Below are positions 48,001 through 59,946 of a stretch of DNA of 64,000 nucleotides, one piece after another (position 1 is the stretch's first letter; every line of letters starts with the position of its first letter). Both the position numbers and the translations under genes were made by a program. Origin of the DNA: an uncultured Candidatus Saccharibacteria bacterium (GTDB lineage: Bacteria > Patescibacteriota > Saccharimonadia > Saccharimonadales > 2-12-FULL-41-12); NCBI GenBank assembly GCA_947085855.1, contig CAMTYB010000001.1, positions 277,788 to 341,787 on the forward strand. The letters run 5' to 3'. A model generated the notes under the pieces. It saw only the letters and a program-made list of their open reading frames with translations. It had not been told where the DNA came from and searched no databases.

Positions 48001-50419
48001 AGGTACTCGCCCCGGAGTTTATATCGCCACCACCAACCGCCAGATCTCCGGTCAAATCAAGTGTGCCAGCCTGCAACTGTAGGGTGCCTGCACCATTGCT
48101 ACCGGTTCCGGTCGTAGCAATCAAACGCGCATCAAAGTCAACGGCAGTAGCACCGGCATGAAAATCAATATATGGCGTACTCGATGTGCCGTCCGTACGC
48201 CCAAGCTCTATACCATGACTAGCGGCACCGCTAATCAAGGTGATTCGTTGGTTTGAAGTGCCGCCAACATTCAGTGAAGTACCGGTAGTAACCGTGCCGC
48301 TAACTGTTAGGTTACCGGCAATGGTTGATGTGCCTGTACCTTGAACTGTTAAGTTAGAGCTCGTGCCTAACAGCGACAAACTGTCATCTGTAGCCAAGAT
48401 GTTAGCGGCGGAACGATACAAGCTAACATCAGTACCGAAGTAAATACCCTCTGCGGCCGTCGTCGGCGCCGTACTGCCCAGGTTGAGCACACCGTTCGAG
48501 CGTGCACCTGATGTTGTGCCAATGGTTATCCTGCGGCTACTATCCCAATCATATGCGAACTCATACTCAGAGCCACCACCTTGGTTACCCCATCGACTCG
48601 ACAGAGCTTTGATTGAGGCCATGGTAAGTGGCTGGCTGTTGGTGACACTAATTGTCAGCCGTATGTATGTGTGGCCTCCATTATCGGTCATATAGGCCCA
48701 CACAGGGGACGCATTAGCAGTATTACCAGTGCTTGTATGTCGTGTTGTCCAGGTTGTACCATCAGGCGAAGATTCAATCAAGATGTCTTTTGACGAGGCA
48801 GTTGCACCGTTGTACGAAAAGCCAAGCGCCCACCAGTTTGGGTACGAATAAGCAAGGTTTGCGTTATTCCACATCCATCGTGCACCGGTCACACTTGTAC
48901 CGTTAACAACGGTGGCGCTGTAGGATTCTTTTTGCGCAAACAGGTTGCTGTCTAAGGTGCCGGCACTCCATGACCCATTATAGGTTTCAAAGGTCGGTGT
49001 ACCCCACCACCGGTTGAAGGAGAGCAGATCATGCCAGAGATACTTCGGTACGGGCGAATAGGCTAGATAGGCGGCCGCTGCCCCTGATCCAGGTATGATA
49101 TAGCTCGAGTTAGTAAGCGTAGCAACACTAACACTACTAAGCCCAGGTACCACGAAGTTGTCATCTGTGCGCAAGGTATCAGCAGCACTGCGATAGAGGT
49201 TAGTGTCCGTACCGAAGGTGAGACCACCAGCAGCTGTAGTAGTGTTTGTCCCAACTGTTAGGGTTGAGGTAGCCGCTGGGCCACCAATGCCCACTTGGCT
49301 GGCAGTGGTATTAACTGTCAAAACAGAGGTGCCTCCGTTTCGCACCTGTAGTGCAGTCGTAGAATTCACGTTGATATCAGTCGTGTTATTGACTGTTAAC
49401 GTCCCTGTCAAAGTAGAGTTTCCGGTTACTGCGAGCGCGGCGCCGACCGATAGGCCGTCGTCAGTCCGCAACGTATCCGCACCAGATCGATACAGGTTCG
49501 TATCTTGACTACCGCTCGGCCCAAAGACTAATTTACCGTCAGACTGGAACGCCGCCAGAATAGCTCCGGCACTTGATTGAAGCTGAAACAAATCAACCGT
49601 CTGACCGCCGGCTGCGCCCCTGATAATACCGCCGATCGTACCGTTGGTACTACTGTTCGTAGCTTGGATATTGAAGTTAGCTGCCGTTTGAGGCGAAGCC
49701 GAGCCACCGGTGTTCTGAATGTAGTTACCAGAGCCGCCCGACGTCGGACAGTTGGTAGTTGAGCCATTGAACACACAAACCGTAGCCGGACTACCCGTAG
49801 TAGCTAGCGACGAATCTGGCAACAGGAAGCTTCTGTTATCTGTTAAGGTATCAAAATCAAGCGTACCGACATACGTCCCTTGATCTTGATTCAAGCTTCG
49901 AGAGCTGTTGGCCTGAAACGCATACGGAACAGAGGTCAGTTTGATACGAGGACTCATCTCGCCATCCCAAGTCGGCGTAGCAGTTTGAGTGGTGCCACCG
50001 ACGTTAATCGTCAGCCACATGTCCTGATCCCAGTTGAGCGCCGGAAACGCCGTCTGACTACCGAGGTTAACACTCATGTAACCGTTAACAACTCGTACTC
50101 GGTTATCGTTACCAGCCGTAACCCCGTTTGAGTCGTAGTAGGTTTCGGTCCAGAGTGCGCTACCACCACTGTCGGCATCATACAGTTTGAATTCGAGATT
50201 GTAATAACCGTCGGCCACCAGATTGCCACTACTGTTCAGTAGTCGAGCTTGGTAATTGAGATTTGAAGAAGTAGCCGCCTGGACTTTTGTCTGATTATCG
50301 CCTGCACCCTCGCGCGTATATGAAATAACAGAGGTGAAAATTGCCACTAAAACCAAAGCAAGACTCATGCGCCATAGCATCAGCTGAAAAGTCTTCAATA
50401 ACCGTCGGGGGTGGTTCAT
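45056..50419 (-). CDS. Giant surface protein 1 (1787 aa): signal-anchor + fibre-like Thr/Ser/Gly/Asn-rich repeats + discoidin-like insert + C-terminal globular domain
   Basis: Uninterrupted 5.4-kb ORF. N-terminal TM LALVLVAIFTSVI. Five copies of the motif TNLYRS.A.TL.TDD. Trp-rich globular insert (ILIESSPDGTTWTT). The stop overlaps the next start as TAATG. Confidence 0.85.
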   Translation of the reverse strand: MNHPRRLLKTFQLMLWRMSLALVLVAIFTSVISYTREGAGDNQTKVQAATSSNLNYQARLLNSSGNLVADGYYNLEFKLYDADSGGSALWTETYYDSNGVTAGNDNRVRVVNGYMSVNLGSQTAFPALNWDQDMWLTINVGGTTQTATPTWDGEMSPRIKLTSVPYAFQANSSRSLNQDQGTYVGTLDFDTLTDNRSFLLPDSSLATTGSPATVCVFNGSTTNCPTSGGSGNYIQNTGGSASPQTAANFNIQATNSSTNGTIGGIIRGAAGGQTVDLFQLQSSAGAILAAFQSDGKLVFGPSGSQDTNLYRSGADTLRTDDGLSVGAALAVTGNSTLTGTLTVNNTTDINVNSTTALQVRNGGTSVLTVNTTASQVGIGGPAATSTLTVGTNTTTAAGGLTFGTDTNLYRSAADTLRTDDNFVVPGLSSVSVATLTNSSYIIPGSGAAAAYLAYSPVPKYLWHDLLSFNRWWGTPTFETYNGSWSAGTLDSNLFAQKESYSATVVNGTSVTGARWMWNNANLAYSYPNWWALGFSYNGATASSKDILIESSPDGTTWTTRHTSTGNTANASPVWAYMTDNGGHTYIRLTISVTNSQPLTMASIKALSSRWGNQGGGSEYEFAYDWDSSRRITIGTTSGARSNGVLNLGSTAPTTAAEGIYFGTDVSLYRSAANILATDDSLSLLGTSSNLTVQGTGTSTIAGNLTVSGTVTTGTSLNVGGTSNQRITLISGAASHGIELGRTDGTSSTPYIDFHAGATAVDFDARLIATTGTGSNGAGTLQLQAGTLDLTGDLAVGGGDINSGASTFNFVNATVATLNIGGGVGAGGINLAGGSASTGCTIDGTNGNLTCSGAVTGGGSTGTQGWWSRSGTILQPANSGDSVTTTGDIYTTGSGTITSAGLLTGSADLQVTNAGGKTTLQLTSTGSTTGLTIGGDTNLFRASANNLATDDNLAVGGTFSSTGAASIGNGTTSVNLTIQGSSYNGVVTNVYSDTASAYSFFQRSRGTQGSPTYVTNNSFLGSFGFRGHNGTAFLSQDSARISSFATQDFTGGTHGGAIAFYTAANGTADASGSSERFRIDHNGNIRIGASATISSKLTFDAATTAAGGILFGSDTNLYRSGANTLATDDSVTLLGTGSNLTVQGTGTSSIAGNLTASGTAAVQGSGGLTIGVAGSVTGNLNLANSTSSRLVVVQGLNPSGTGNATVQIPSIAGGSTDTVCLVTLANCSGGGGGGVTSLDGLTGALTLANSSGSGATITIDNAVADGATKGIAAFNSTNFSASSGVINTIQNISTSGTPTFSSVNATSSFLFNGTNINTAGTLSNVAYLNQANNFSAANTFSSAGTALSVTNNASIGGTLAVQGSGGLTIGVAGSVTGNLSLANSSSSRMVIVQGLNPSGSGNATVQIPTIAGGATDTVCLFTLGNCSGGGVTSLNGQTGAVTINNASGSGGSVTIQDASTSQKGIATFNATNFSASSGTINTIQNIDTSASPTFANVNATTALQLNGTSINTAGTLTNVAYLSQNQTFAGVNTFRNTSDSTAAFRIQNSTASVDLLTADTTNGVIKIGTTGTATQSGSALFVTTAEFSGQLRVGDGTNRVQFDGTTKKLEYVGTARQDRQITLTPEYPGAVLTADGSNNIGTMTSDFCSNTGTLSINNSICGSGEAFNYYSWTGSGGTMDYDIYVRWQAPSDFSAFSNATDAVKMYGWRTSSTEKVELSMYQANGTQCGSTTEINSSDGTWQQTSMTGDETACSVAVNDMITFRIKLTASSTGFARASNLQINYLSKF
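45764..46948 (-). repeat. Tandem 597-bp (199-aa) duplication inside giant gene 1
   Basis: Units at 46352-46948 and 45764-46351. For example, GAATCTGAACGGTTGCGTTGCCGCTACCGCTTGG at 46201 aligns with GAATTTGAACGGTTGCGTTGCCGGTACCACTTGG at 46798. Identity is roughly 80% by eye. Confidence 0.85.
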
Positions 50420-50481
50420 AGGTGTTTAATTTTGGTTTTTAGTTTTGTTTTGGTTATTTTTATTTTTGATAACCTACCCCA

Positions 50482-50510
50482 ATTATCCTCTCTTTATAAA
50501 CAGGGGTCAA
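50482..50510 (-). promoter_or_regulatory. Candidate promoter of the giant-protein operon
   Basis: On the minus strand, TTGACC-17 nt-GATAAT, followed by an A-rich ~55-nt leader without an obvious SD. Confidence 0.45.
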
Positions 50511-50801
50511 GCACGAACTGAACAAATTTTGTACCTACCCTTTTGACAACACTATTGAGATAAATTAAATATTCATTTTGTTGTATCTAGTACTACAATC
50601 TGATGCAAAGACCTCTCGGAACTTGGATAAAATACGTACTCAGAGAGATATTATCGCGTACTTTATTTGTACTATTTATTACAACAATCTAATGTTCTTA
50701 TTGAGGGTTTTCCACAGTTTGTTTATGGTTCTTTGACCAATTAGTGCTGCGCGTACGCGCAGTCTGTCTCTGCGCTTTAGGTGTTAACTCCTATTAAACA
50801 C

Positions 50802-50830
50802 TTGTTATAAGAGGTAAATTCAGGTAGAAT
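50802..50830 (+). promoter_or_regulatory. Candidate promoter of the tRNA-Ala/tRNA-Ile unit
   Basis: TTGTTA-17 nt-TAGAAT, about 40 nt upstream of tRNA-Ala. Confidence 0.5.
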
Positions 50831-50871
50831 ATATCGGTATTTGCAGATCTATTACAGCTTAATGGTTTCTT

Positions 50872-50948
50872 GGGGCAATAGCTCAGTTGGCTAGAGCACC
50901 TGCTTTGCAAGCAGGGGGTCCGGGGTTCGAGTCCCCGTTGCTCCACCA
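50872..50948 (+). tRNA. tRNA-Ala (anticodon UGC), CCA encoded
   Basis: The cloverleaf folds by hand: acceptor GGGGCAA/TTGCTCC with the G3:U70 alanine identity pair, anticodon loop TTTGCAA, T-loop TTCGAGT. Confidence 0.97.
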
Positions 50949-50968
50949 TTAACGTACAGATCTCTTAC

Positions 50969-51045
50969 GGGCGATTAGCTCAGCTGGTTAGAGCGCGTCA
51001 CTGATAATGACGAGGTCGGAGGTTCAAGTCCTTTATCGCCCACCA
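50969..51045 (+). tRNA. tRNA-Ile (anticodon GAU), CCA encoded
   Basis: Acceptor GGGCGAT/ATCGCCC, anticodon loop CTGATAA, T-loop TTCAAGT, discriminator A. Confidence 0.97.
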
Positions 51046-51057
51046 ATTAGACTATGT

Positions 51058-51092
51058 AGCCACTCCTCGATGATGGAGTGGCTTTTCATTTA
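51058..51092 (+). terminator. Intrinsic terminator of the tRNA unit
   Basis: AGCCACTCC-8 nt-GGAGTGGCT followed by TTTTCATTT. Confidence 0.75.
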
Positions 51093-51120
51093 CGCTATCG
51101 TGATTCGTTTTACAGCCAAA

Positions 51121-51152
51121 TAAAAAACACCCCTCATGACAGGGGTGTTTTA
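51121..51152 (-). terminator. Intrinsic terminator downstream of 16S rRNA (hairpin is bidirectional)
   Basis: ACACCCCT-catgac-AGGGGTGT. The minus strand continues TTTTTT. Confidence 0.75.
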
Positions 51153-51162
51153 ATAAAAATCC

Positions 51163-51183
51163 AAGATAGTGCAAATCAAACGT
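51163..51183 (-). other. 16S precursor processing-stem, 3' (trailer) strand
   Basis: AGATAGTGCAAATCAAACGTC on the plus strand is the near-perfect complement of 52871-52890, with one bulged nt. Confidence 0.7.
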
Positions 51184-51332
51184 CGGTTCGGTTTCTTCGT
51201 GTTACTTGCTTGTCTGATAAATCAGACAGCGGTAAACAACTGTTACACGTTGCAAAAACAGTTGCACCTACAAGATCGACCGTAGCTCTTACGGATTCTA
51301 TAGAGATCCGCAAGGCTTACGTTCTCCCTAGA

Positions 51333-52798
<1,466 letters not shown>

Positions 52799-52870
52799 AA
52801 AAAAGAATTTGCTCTCTTAGCATCAGTATAAAACTGACTTACTAAATTAAAAACAATTCAAAAATGAACT

Positions 52871-52890
52871 GACGTTGATTTGCACTATCT
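52871..52890 (-). other. 16S precursor processing-stem, 5' (leader) strand
   Basis: Complementary to 51163-51183. Confidence 0.7.
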
Positions 52891-53018
52891 CAAATTTTTA
52901 ATGAACTTGACCTGGGGTCAAACAGCGGTCGTATCAAGTGATACGTGCGAATGCCCAGTTAATGTCACGCAAATTTTCTCAAAGACACTTAAAGACAAGC
53001 ACCCGAAAATCTCATAAC

Positions 53019-53047
53019 ATATTATCGTCTATAACACCGGTTGTCAA
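53019..53047 (-). promoter_or_regulatory. Candidate sigma70-type promoter for 16S rRNA
   Basis: On the minus strand, TTGACA-17 nt-TAATAT, about 220 nt upstream of mature 16S. Confidence 0.55.
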
Positions 53048-53126
53048 CCAAAAACGTTGTAAAGTTTGCTTAAGCGTTTTATGTAATGCGGCAACTTTAG
53101 TCTAAGTATGTAATGCGTCCACTTTC

Positions 53127-53150
53127 AAAAGCGCACACTCCGTGTGCTTC
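53127..53150 (-). terminator. Terminator hairpin after gyrA
   Basis: On the minus strand, GCACAC-gga-GTGTGC followed by GCTTTTG, about 40 nt after the gyrA stop. Confidence 0.5.
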
Positions 53151-53187
53151 AAAGCCTGGTTAGCTCTCTGTTATACAATCCAGTGAG

Positions 53188-55782
53188 CTATTTTTCGGCA
53201 ACCTCTGCGTCTGCAGCGGGGGCAGCACTGTCCTCGGAGTCTTCGTCTTCCGAGAGTTCGGGTGATTTCTCGACAAGTGCCAGAGATACTACTCTATCGC
53301 GATCGTTAAGGCGCATGATGCGAACACCTTGCGTAGCTCGGCCGAGTGATGGAATATCTTTGAGACCAAGACGAATCGTTTGGCCTGAGCTAGAGATCAA
53401 GATGACTTCTTGAGTATCTTCGCCAGATAAGGCTTTGACACCTATCAGCTGACCGGTCTTAGCGTTGACGACCGCTGAGCGGATGCCGACACCACCACGC
53501 TTATGAGCGGTAAACTGTGCTACCTTGGTTCGCTTGCCGTAGCCAGCTTCGCTGATAACAAAGATGCTCGAGCCTTCTTCGACGATATCCATGCCGATTA
53601 CTTGGTCATTTGGTCGCAAGCGAATGCCACGCACACCTCGAGAGACGCGCCCCATTGGACGAGCGTCTGACTCATGGAAACGAATGGCTTGGCCGCCAGC
53701 TGTTGAGATTACAACTTCGTTCTCGCCAGAGGTCATGCGGATCCATTTCAACTCATCACCGTCATCAAGATTGATAGCTATTAGGCCTGAGGAGCGAACG
53801 TTGGCGTACTGCTCGAACGGCGTCTTCTTGACCACACCGCGAACGGTACACATGATTAGGTTGGTTGCCTTGTCTTGTTTGCTGATATTGATGACTGCAC
53901 TGACCGTTTCCTCGGGCTGCAGCTGGAGCAAGTTAACGATCGCAACACCTTTGGCATTGAGGTTAGTGGCTGGTAGTTCGTAGGTCTTGAGACGGAAGAC
54001 GCGGCCTTTGTTGGTAAAGAACAGAAGGAAGTCGTGAGTCGAGGCGTTCACAACATGTTCGATGACATCTTCTTCGCGAGTCGTCATGCCGCGCTTACCC
54101 TTGCCGCCGCGATTTTGACGACGATAGTCTGTAATCGGACTACGCTTGATGTAATTAGCTGAAGTCAGCGTAACGACTACTTGCTCATCTGGTACGAGAT
54201 CTTCGTCGCTCATCTTGCCAAGTTCATTTGGCACAATCTTGGTACGTCGTTCATCACCATACTGCTTCTTGATTTCTAGAATTTCATCCTTAACGATCTT
54301 GAGGATTTTCTTTTCATCGGCCAAGATGGCTTGGAGCTGACTGATGAGCTTCATCAGTTCGGCTAACTCGTCTTCGATCTTCTGGCGCTCCAAGCCGGCC
54401 AGCGTTCGTAGCTGCATAGCTAGGATAGCTTTGGCCTGGATTTCGCTCAACTTGAACTGAGTCATCAAGTTCTTTTGGGCTTCTTCAGTAGTCTGACTAC
54501 TCCTAATGGTGGCGATGACTTCATCGATGTGGTCGAGGGCCGTCTTGAGTCCTTCTAGTACGTGGGCGCGTTCTTGGGCTTTACGAAGCTCAAATTCGGT
54601 TCGCCGACGCACTACTTGCTGACGGTGCTTAATGTGCTCCCTGATGATGTCCTGAAGCCCCAGAACGCGCGGCTGGATACCATCTACCAATGCCATCATA
54701 TTGAAATGGAAGGCAGTCTGTAGCTGCGTCAGCTTATAAAGTTGGTTGAGAAGTTTCTTTGGATAAGCGTCTTTTCGTAGATCGATAACAATACGCACAC
54801 CACCTCGGGCACTTTCGTCACGAATGTCGCGAATGCCGGTGATCTTCTTGGTGTTAACCAGTTCAGCGATCTTGATAACCAAGCTCTCCTTGTTGAGAGC
54901 ATATGGAATCTCGGTAATAACAATCTGATTGAGCTTACCAGTATCAACAATTTCCGCCACACCACGCACCACGATGCCGCCTCGACCAGTTGCATATGCT
55001 GCCCGAATCGAGTTTTGGCCATAAATTACGCCGCCTGTCGGGAAGTCTGGACCTTTAACATGCTTAATCAGGTCATCAAGAGTTGCTTCAGGGTTATCAA
55101 TTTGCTCGATAGTAGCATCTATTAGCTCGGTTAGGTTGTGTGGCGGGATGCTTGTAGCCATACCGACAGCAATACCGATCTGACCATTCAATAATAGGTT
55201 TGGTACTTTGGCTGGCAACACCTCTGGTTCTTGACGAGTACCATCGTAGGTGTCGCGGAAGTTAACAGTATCTTTATCGATATCAGCTAATAGCTCGTCG
55301 GCCAAACGTTGCATCTTGGATTCGGTATAACGCATGGCGGCTGGTGGATCGCCGTCCATTGAGCCAAAGTTACCCTGACCATTGACCAACATGTATCGCA
55401 TTGACCACGGCTGAGCCATGCGTACTAAGGCGTCATAGATAGATGAGTCACCATGCGGGTGGTAACGACCCATAACTTGCCCGACAACGTTAGCACTCTT
55501 GCTGTGGCGCGAACCACTTCGGAGGCCTTGTTCGTTCATACTATATAAAATACGTCGGTGAACTGGCTTGAGGCCGTCTCGAACATCTGGCAAAGCACGC
55601 TCAATAATAACGCTCATCGAATAGCGTAGATAACTGTGCTCCATGACGTTTTCAACAGTTTGCCGCTCAACCGTACGAGAATGAGTGAAATCTTCTACAA
55701 TTTCGCCTTCGATAGCCGGTTCAGTTGGCTGTAGGTCTGCGTCTGGCACAGGGTTGCTGGTATTGATATCGTCGTCTGCCAT
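53188..55782 (-). CDS. gyrA: DNA gyrase subunit A
   Basis: [27 protein letters not shown], active-site Tyr context AAMRYTE, beta-pinwheel C-terminal domain, acidic tail. Confidence 0.95.
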   Translation of the reverse strand: MADDDINTSNPVPDADLQPTEPAIEGEIVEDFTHSRTVERQTVENVMEHSYLRYSMSVIIERALPDVRDGLKPVHRRILYSMNEQGLRSGSRHSKSANVVGQVMGRYHPHGDSSIYDALVRMAQPWSMRYMLVNGQGNFGSMDGDPPAAMRYTESKMQRLADELLADIDKDTVNFRDTYDGTRQEPEVLPAKVPNLLLNGQIGIAVGMATSIPPHNLTELIDATIEQIDNPEATLDDLIKHVKGPDFPTGGVIYGQNSIRAAYATGRGGIVVRGVAEIVDTGKLNQIVITEIPYALNKESLVIKIAELVNTKKITGIRDIRDESARGGVRIVIDLRKDAYPKKLLNQLYKLTQLQTAFHFNMMALVDGIQPRVLGLQDIIREHIKHRQQVVRRRTEFELRKAQERAHVLEGLKTALDHIDEVIATIRSSQTTEEAQKNLMTQFKLSEIQAKAILAMQLRTLAGLERQKIEDELAELMKLISQLQAILADEKKILKIVKDEILEIKKQYGDERRTKIVPNELGKMSDEDLVPDEQVVVTLTSANYIKRSPITDYRRQNRGGKGKRGMTTREEDVIEHVVNASTHDFLLFFTNKGRVFRLKTYELPATNLNAKGVAIVNLLQLQPEETVSAVINISKQDKATNLIMCTVRGVVKKTPFEQYANVRSSGLIAINLDDGDELKWIRMTSGENEVVISTAGGQAIRFHESDARPMGRVSRGVRGIRLRPNDQVIGMDIVEEGSSIFVISEAGYGKRTKVAQFTAHKRGGVGIRSAVVNAKTGQLIGVKALSGEDTQEVILISSSGQTIRLGLKDIPSLGRATQGVRIMRLNDRDRVVSLALVEKSPELSEDEDSEDSAAPAADAEVAEK

Positions 55783-55783
55783 C

Positions 55784-57784
<2,001 letters not shown>

Positions 57785-57914
57785 CTATCTACTACGTGTT
57801 TCCACCGTTACTAATTAGTATACACCACCCCTGGTAATAAGGCAATTAAAGTAGGCTTGTCTGAACACCTGTTTTTGTGGTTCAATATACGTAAGCACTT
57901 TTATAAAAATCACT

Positions 57915-59375
57915 TTGCAAAATAGACACAAAAGTACAACAAAAATGTTCAACAAAATCTTAACTCACATCGCCTATAGCCCGACCACTCTGAGTCAGGT
58001 GAGTTTCTATGCTCGACGACTGCGCCAAGAGGAGTCGATTCGACGCCTCGGTCTCGTGTTGATTGTTTTTAGTATGTTTATTCAACTGTTCGCAGCTATG
58101 GTTCCGCCCGAGAAGTCGTTAGCACAATCAGGAAATGACGTCATCGGCGGAGGCGTTAAAACGATTGACCAGTTAAAGAATACATATAATTCGCCACAGC
58201 ACCGAGACGTTAAAGCCCTGTATAACCGCTTTGGCATCGATGCTAGCAACATGAATAAAACCGGTAGCGTGCAAAACACTACCTTCAAATTCCAAGAACA
58301 AGGTAAAAAAGGCACCCGCACCGTTGGTCGCATCAACTTTGCGAGTACCAATGACAATTACCTTGGTCAGTTTTCTGGTCACAACTTCTACAGCCGATCA
58401 GCCGGAGAGTGGCAAGGCAGCACCCCAGCCTATTACTTCGGCAAACATAAAGGTACTGACAATAACTACTATTATGTCTGGGTCCTTAAAGATTGTGGCA
58501 ACATTGCCTATCGCCTCGCCGACTCACCAAAGCCAAAGCCGGCCCCCAAACCCAAGCCAGCTCCTAAGCCGGCCCCCAAACCAGTGCCAAAACCTACCGT
58601 TGCTAAACCGGCTGCACCTGCACCGGTCGCAACCGCTCAGCCAGAGGCTGTGCCGACCCCTGCAACTCCTCCACCGGTAATACCAGATGATGAGCAAGAA
58701 CCGGTCTGCGACAATAACCCGACCCTCAAACCGGATGATCCGCTTTGTAAGTGCGAAACAAACCCAAACTATACTGCCGACGACCCTCGCTGTAGTAACT
58801 CCGAGCGATCTAAAGAAGTTCGCAACGTGACCCAAAATCTAAGTCCTGCCCAAACTCAAAAAACGAAAGCCAAAGCCGGTGACGTACTCGAGTACACCTT
58901 GATCACCAAAAATAGCGGCACCGGGCCAAAAACAAACTACGATATTGAGGATTACATCGGTGACGTACTTGACTATGCTGATATCAATCAGCAAACACTG
59001 GCTATGAGTCAGGGTGTCTACAACGCCAACAATAAAAAACTTATCTGGAATAACCGGACCATTCCCGCCAAAGGCGAGGTCAGGCAAGTTTTTAGCGTCA
59101 CAGTAAAGAGTGTCATCCCGAGTACCAACTCGCCAAACGCAACAGCCAGCGACTACGACTGTAAGATGCAGAACGGCTACGGTAATGAAACGATCGTTAT
59201 GATTGAGTGCCCAGTCCTCAAAACTGTTGAAACGCTACCAAACACTGGACCAGGCGCTACGCTTGCCATCGGCTTTACGATTACCACTTTGAGCGGCTAC
59301 TTCTTTATGCGAACTCGCCTGCTAGCCATTGAACTTGGCATTATCAAACGAAGTTATCAATCGGGAGGTCTGTAG
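57915..59375 (+). CDS. LPXTG-type cell-surface protein with (PKPA)n linker and DUF11-like repeat domain
   Basis: N-terminal TM. PKPKPAPKPKPAPKPAPKPVPKP linker (58527-58595). LPNTG (59235-59249) followed by a hydrophobic segment and RTR. The true start may be the Met at codon 11. Confidence 0.7.
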   Translation: MQNRHKSTTKMFNKILTHIAYSPTTLSQVSFYARRLRQEESIRRLGLVLIVFSMFIQLFAAMVPPEKSLAQSGNDVIGGGVKTIDQLKNTYNSPQHRDVKALYNRFGIDASNMNKTGSVQNTTFKFQEQGKKGTRTVGRINFASTNDNYLGQFSGHNFYSRSAGEWQGSTPAYYFGKHKGTDNNYYYVWVLKDCGNIAYRLADSPKPKPAPKPKPAPKPAPKPVPKPTVAKPAAPAPVATAQPEAVPTPATPPPVIPDDEQEPVCDNNPTLKPDDPLCKCETNPNYTADDPRCSNSERSKEVRNVTQNLSPAQTQKTKAKAGDVLEYTLITKNSGTGPKTNYDIEDYIGDVLDYADINQQTLAMSQGVYNANNKKLIWNNRTIPAKGEVRQVFSVTVKSVIPSTNSPNATASDYDCKMQNGYGNETIVMIECPVLKTVETLPNTGPGATLAIGFTITTLSGYFFMRTRLLAIELGIIKRSYQSGGL

Positions 59376-59377
59376 TC

Positions 59378-59941
59378 ATGTCTGAATTCCAGCCCCGCTT
59401 TCCAGAACAAGAGCGTCGCCTTAGCCCAGAGAAGCTTGAGGCTCGCAACCGTGAACTCGAGGCAGAACGCGAACGAGCAGCCGCCGAAGCCGAGCAGAAC
59501 CTTGATTCTATCGAAATTATTCGCGACCGACTCGAGCAAGTTCTTGGTAACCAAGAAAAGCCAGGTGACGAACGACACGAAAAAGCCGCGAGCGAAAGTC
59601 GTGCTCCCATCGGCAAACATCTACAACGCCATGGTCGCAACCAAACCCTTAAAGTCGTCCGCAAGCAATTGCCAGCATCTGAGAGGGTTATGAGTCGACT
59701 TATCCATCAAGCCCAGGTAGAGGCCGTCAGCAATGCGGCCGAGGGCACTGTCGCACGCCCATCTGGCTTGCTTGGTGCCGGTGTTTTTTCGGTCATCACC
59801 AGTTTGGCAGTTTTATACATCTGCCGCCACTATGGTTATGAGTACAACTTCTTTATTGGCCTCGCGAGTCTAGCGGCCGGTTTTGCACTTGGCATACTTG
59901 GCGAAGGTTTACTCGGGCTCGCCAAACCACGTCGACACTAA
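59378..59941 (+). CDS. Hypothetical membrane protein (charged coiled N-half, two C-terminal TM segments)
   Basis: Starts 2 nt after the upstream stop, with GGAGG 8 nt upstream. No family recognised. Confidence 0.55.
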   Translation: MSEFQPRFPEQERRLSPEKLEARNRELEAERERAAAEAEQNLDSIEIIRDRLEQVLGNQEKPGDERHEKAASESRAPIGKHLQRHGRNQTLKVVRKQLPASERVMSRLIHQAQVEAVSNAAEGTVARPSGLLGAGVFSVITSLAVLYICRHYGYEYNFFIGLASLAAGFALGILGEGLLGLAKPRRH

Positions 59942-59946
59942 ATGAG

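Noticed and set aside
45220-50131. Many 60-160-aa ORFs antisense to, or out of frame with, the two giant genes. Examples are 46218-46445, 46815-47072, 47673-48161 and 43045-43521. Two of them look like paralogues.
   Set aside because: They lie entirely inside uninterrupted 4.7- and 5.4-kb ORFs whose biased Thr/Ser/Gly/Asn codon usage suppresses stop codons on the opposite strand. The 'paralogous' pair is just the antisense image of the 597-bp tandem repeat.
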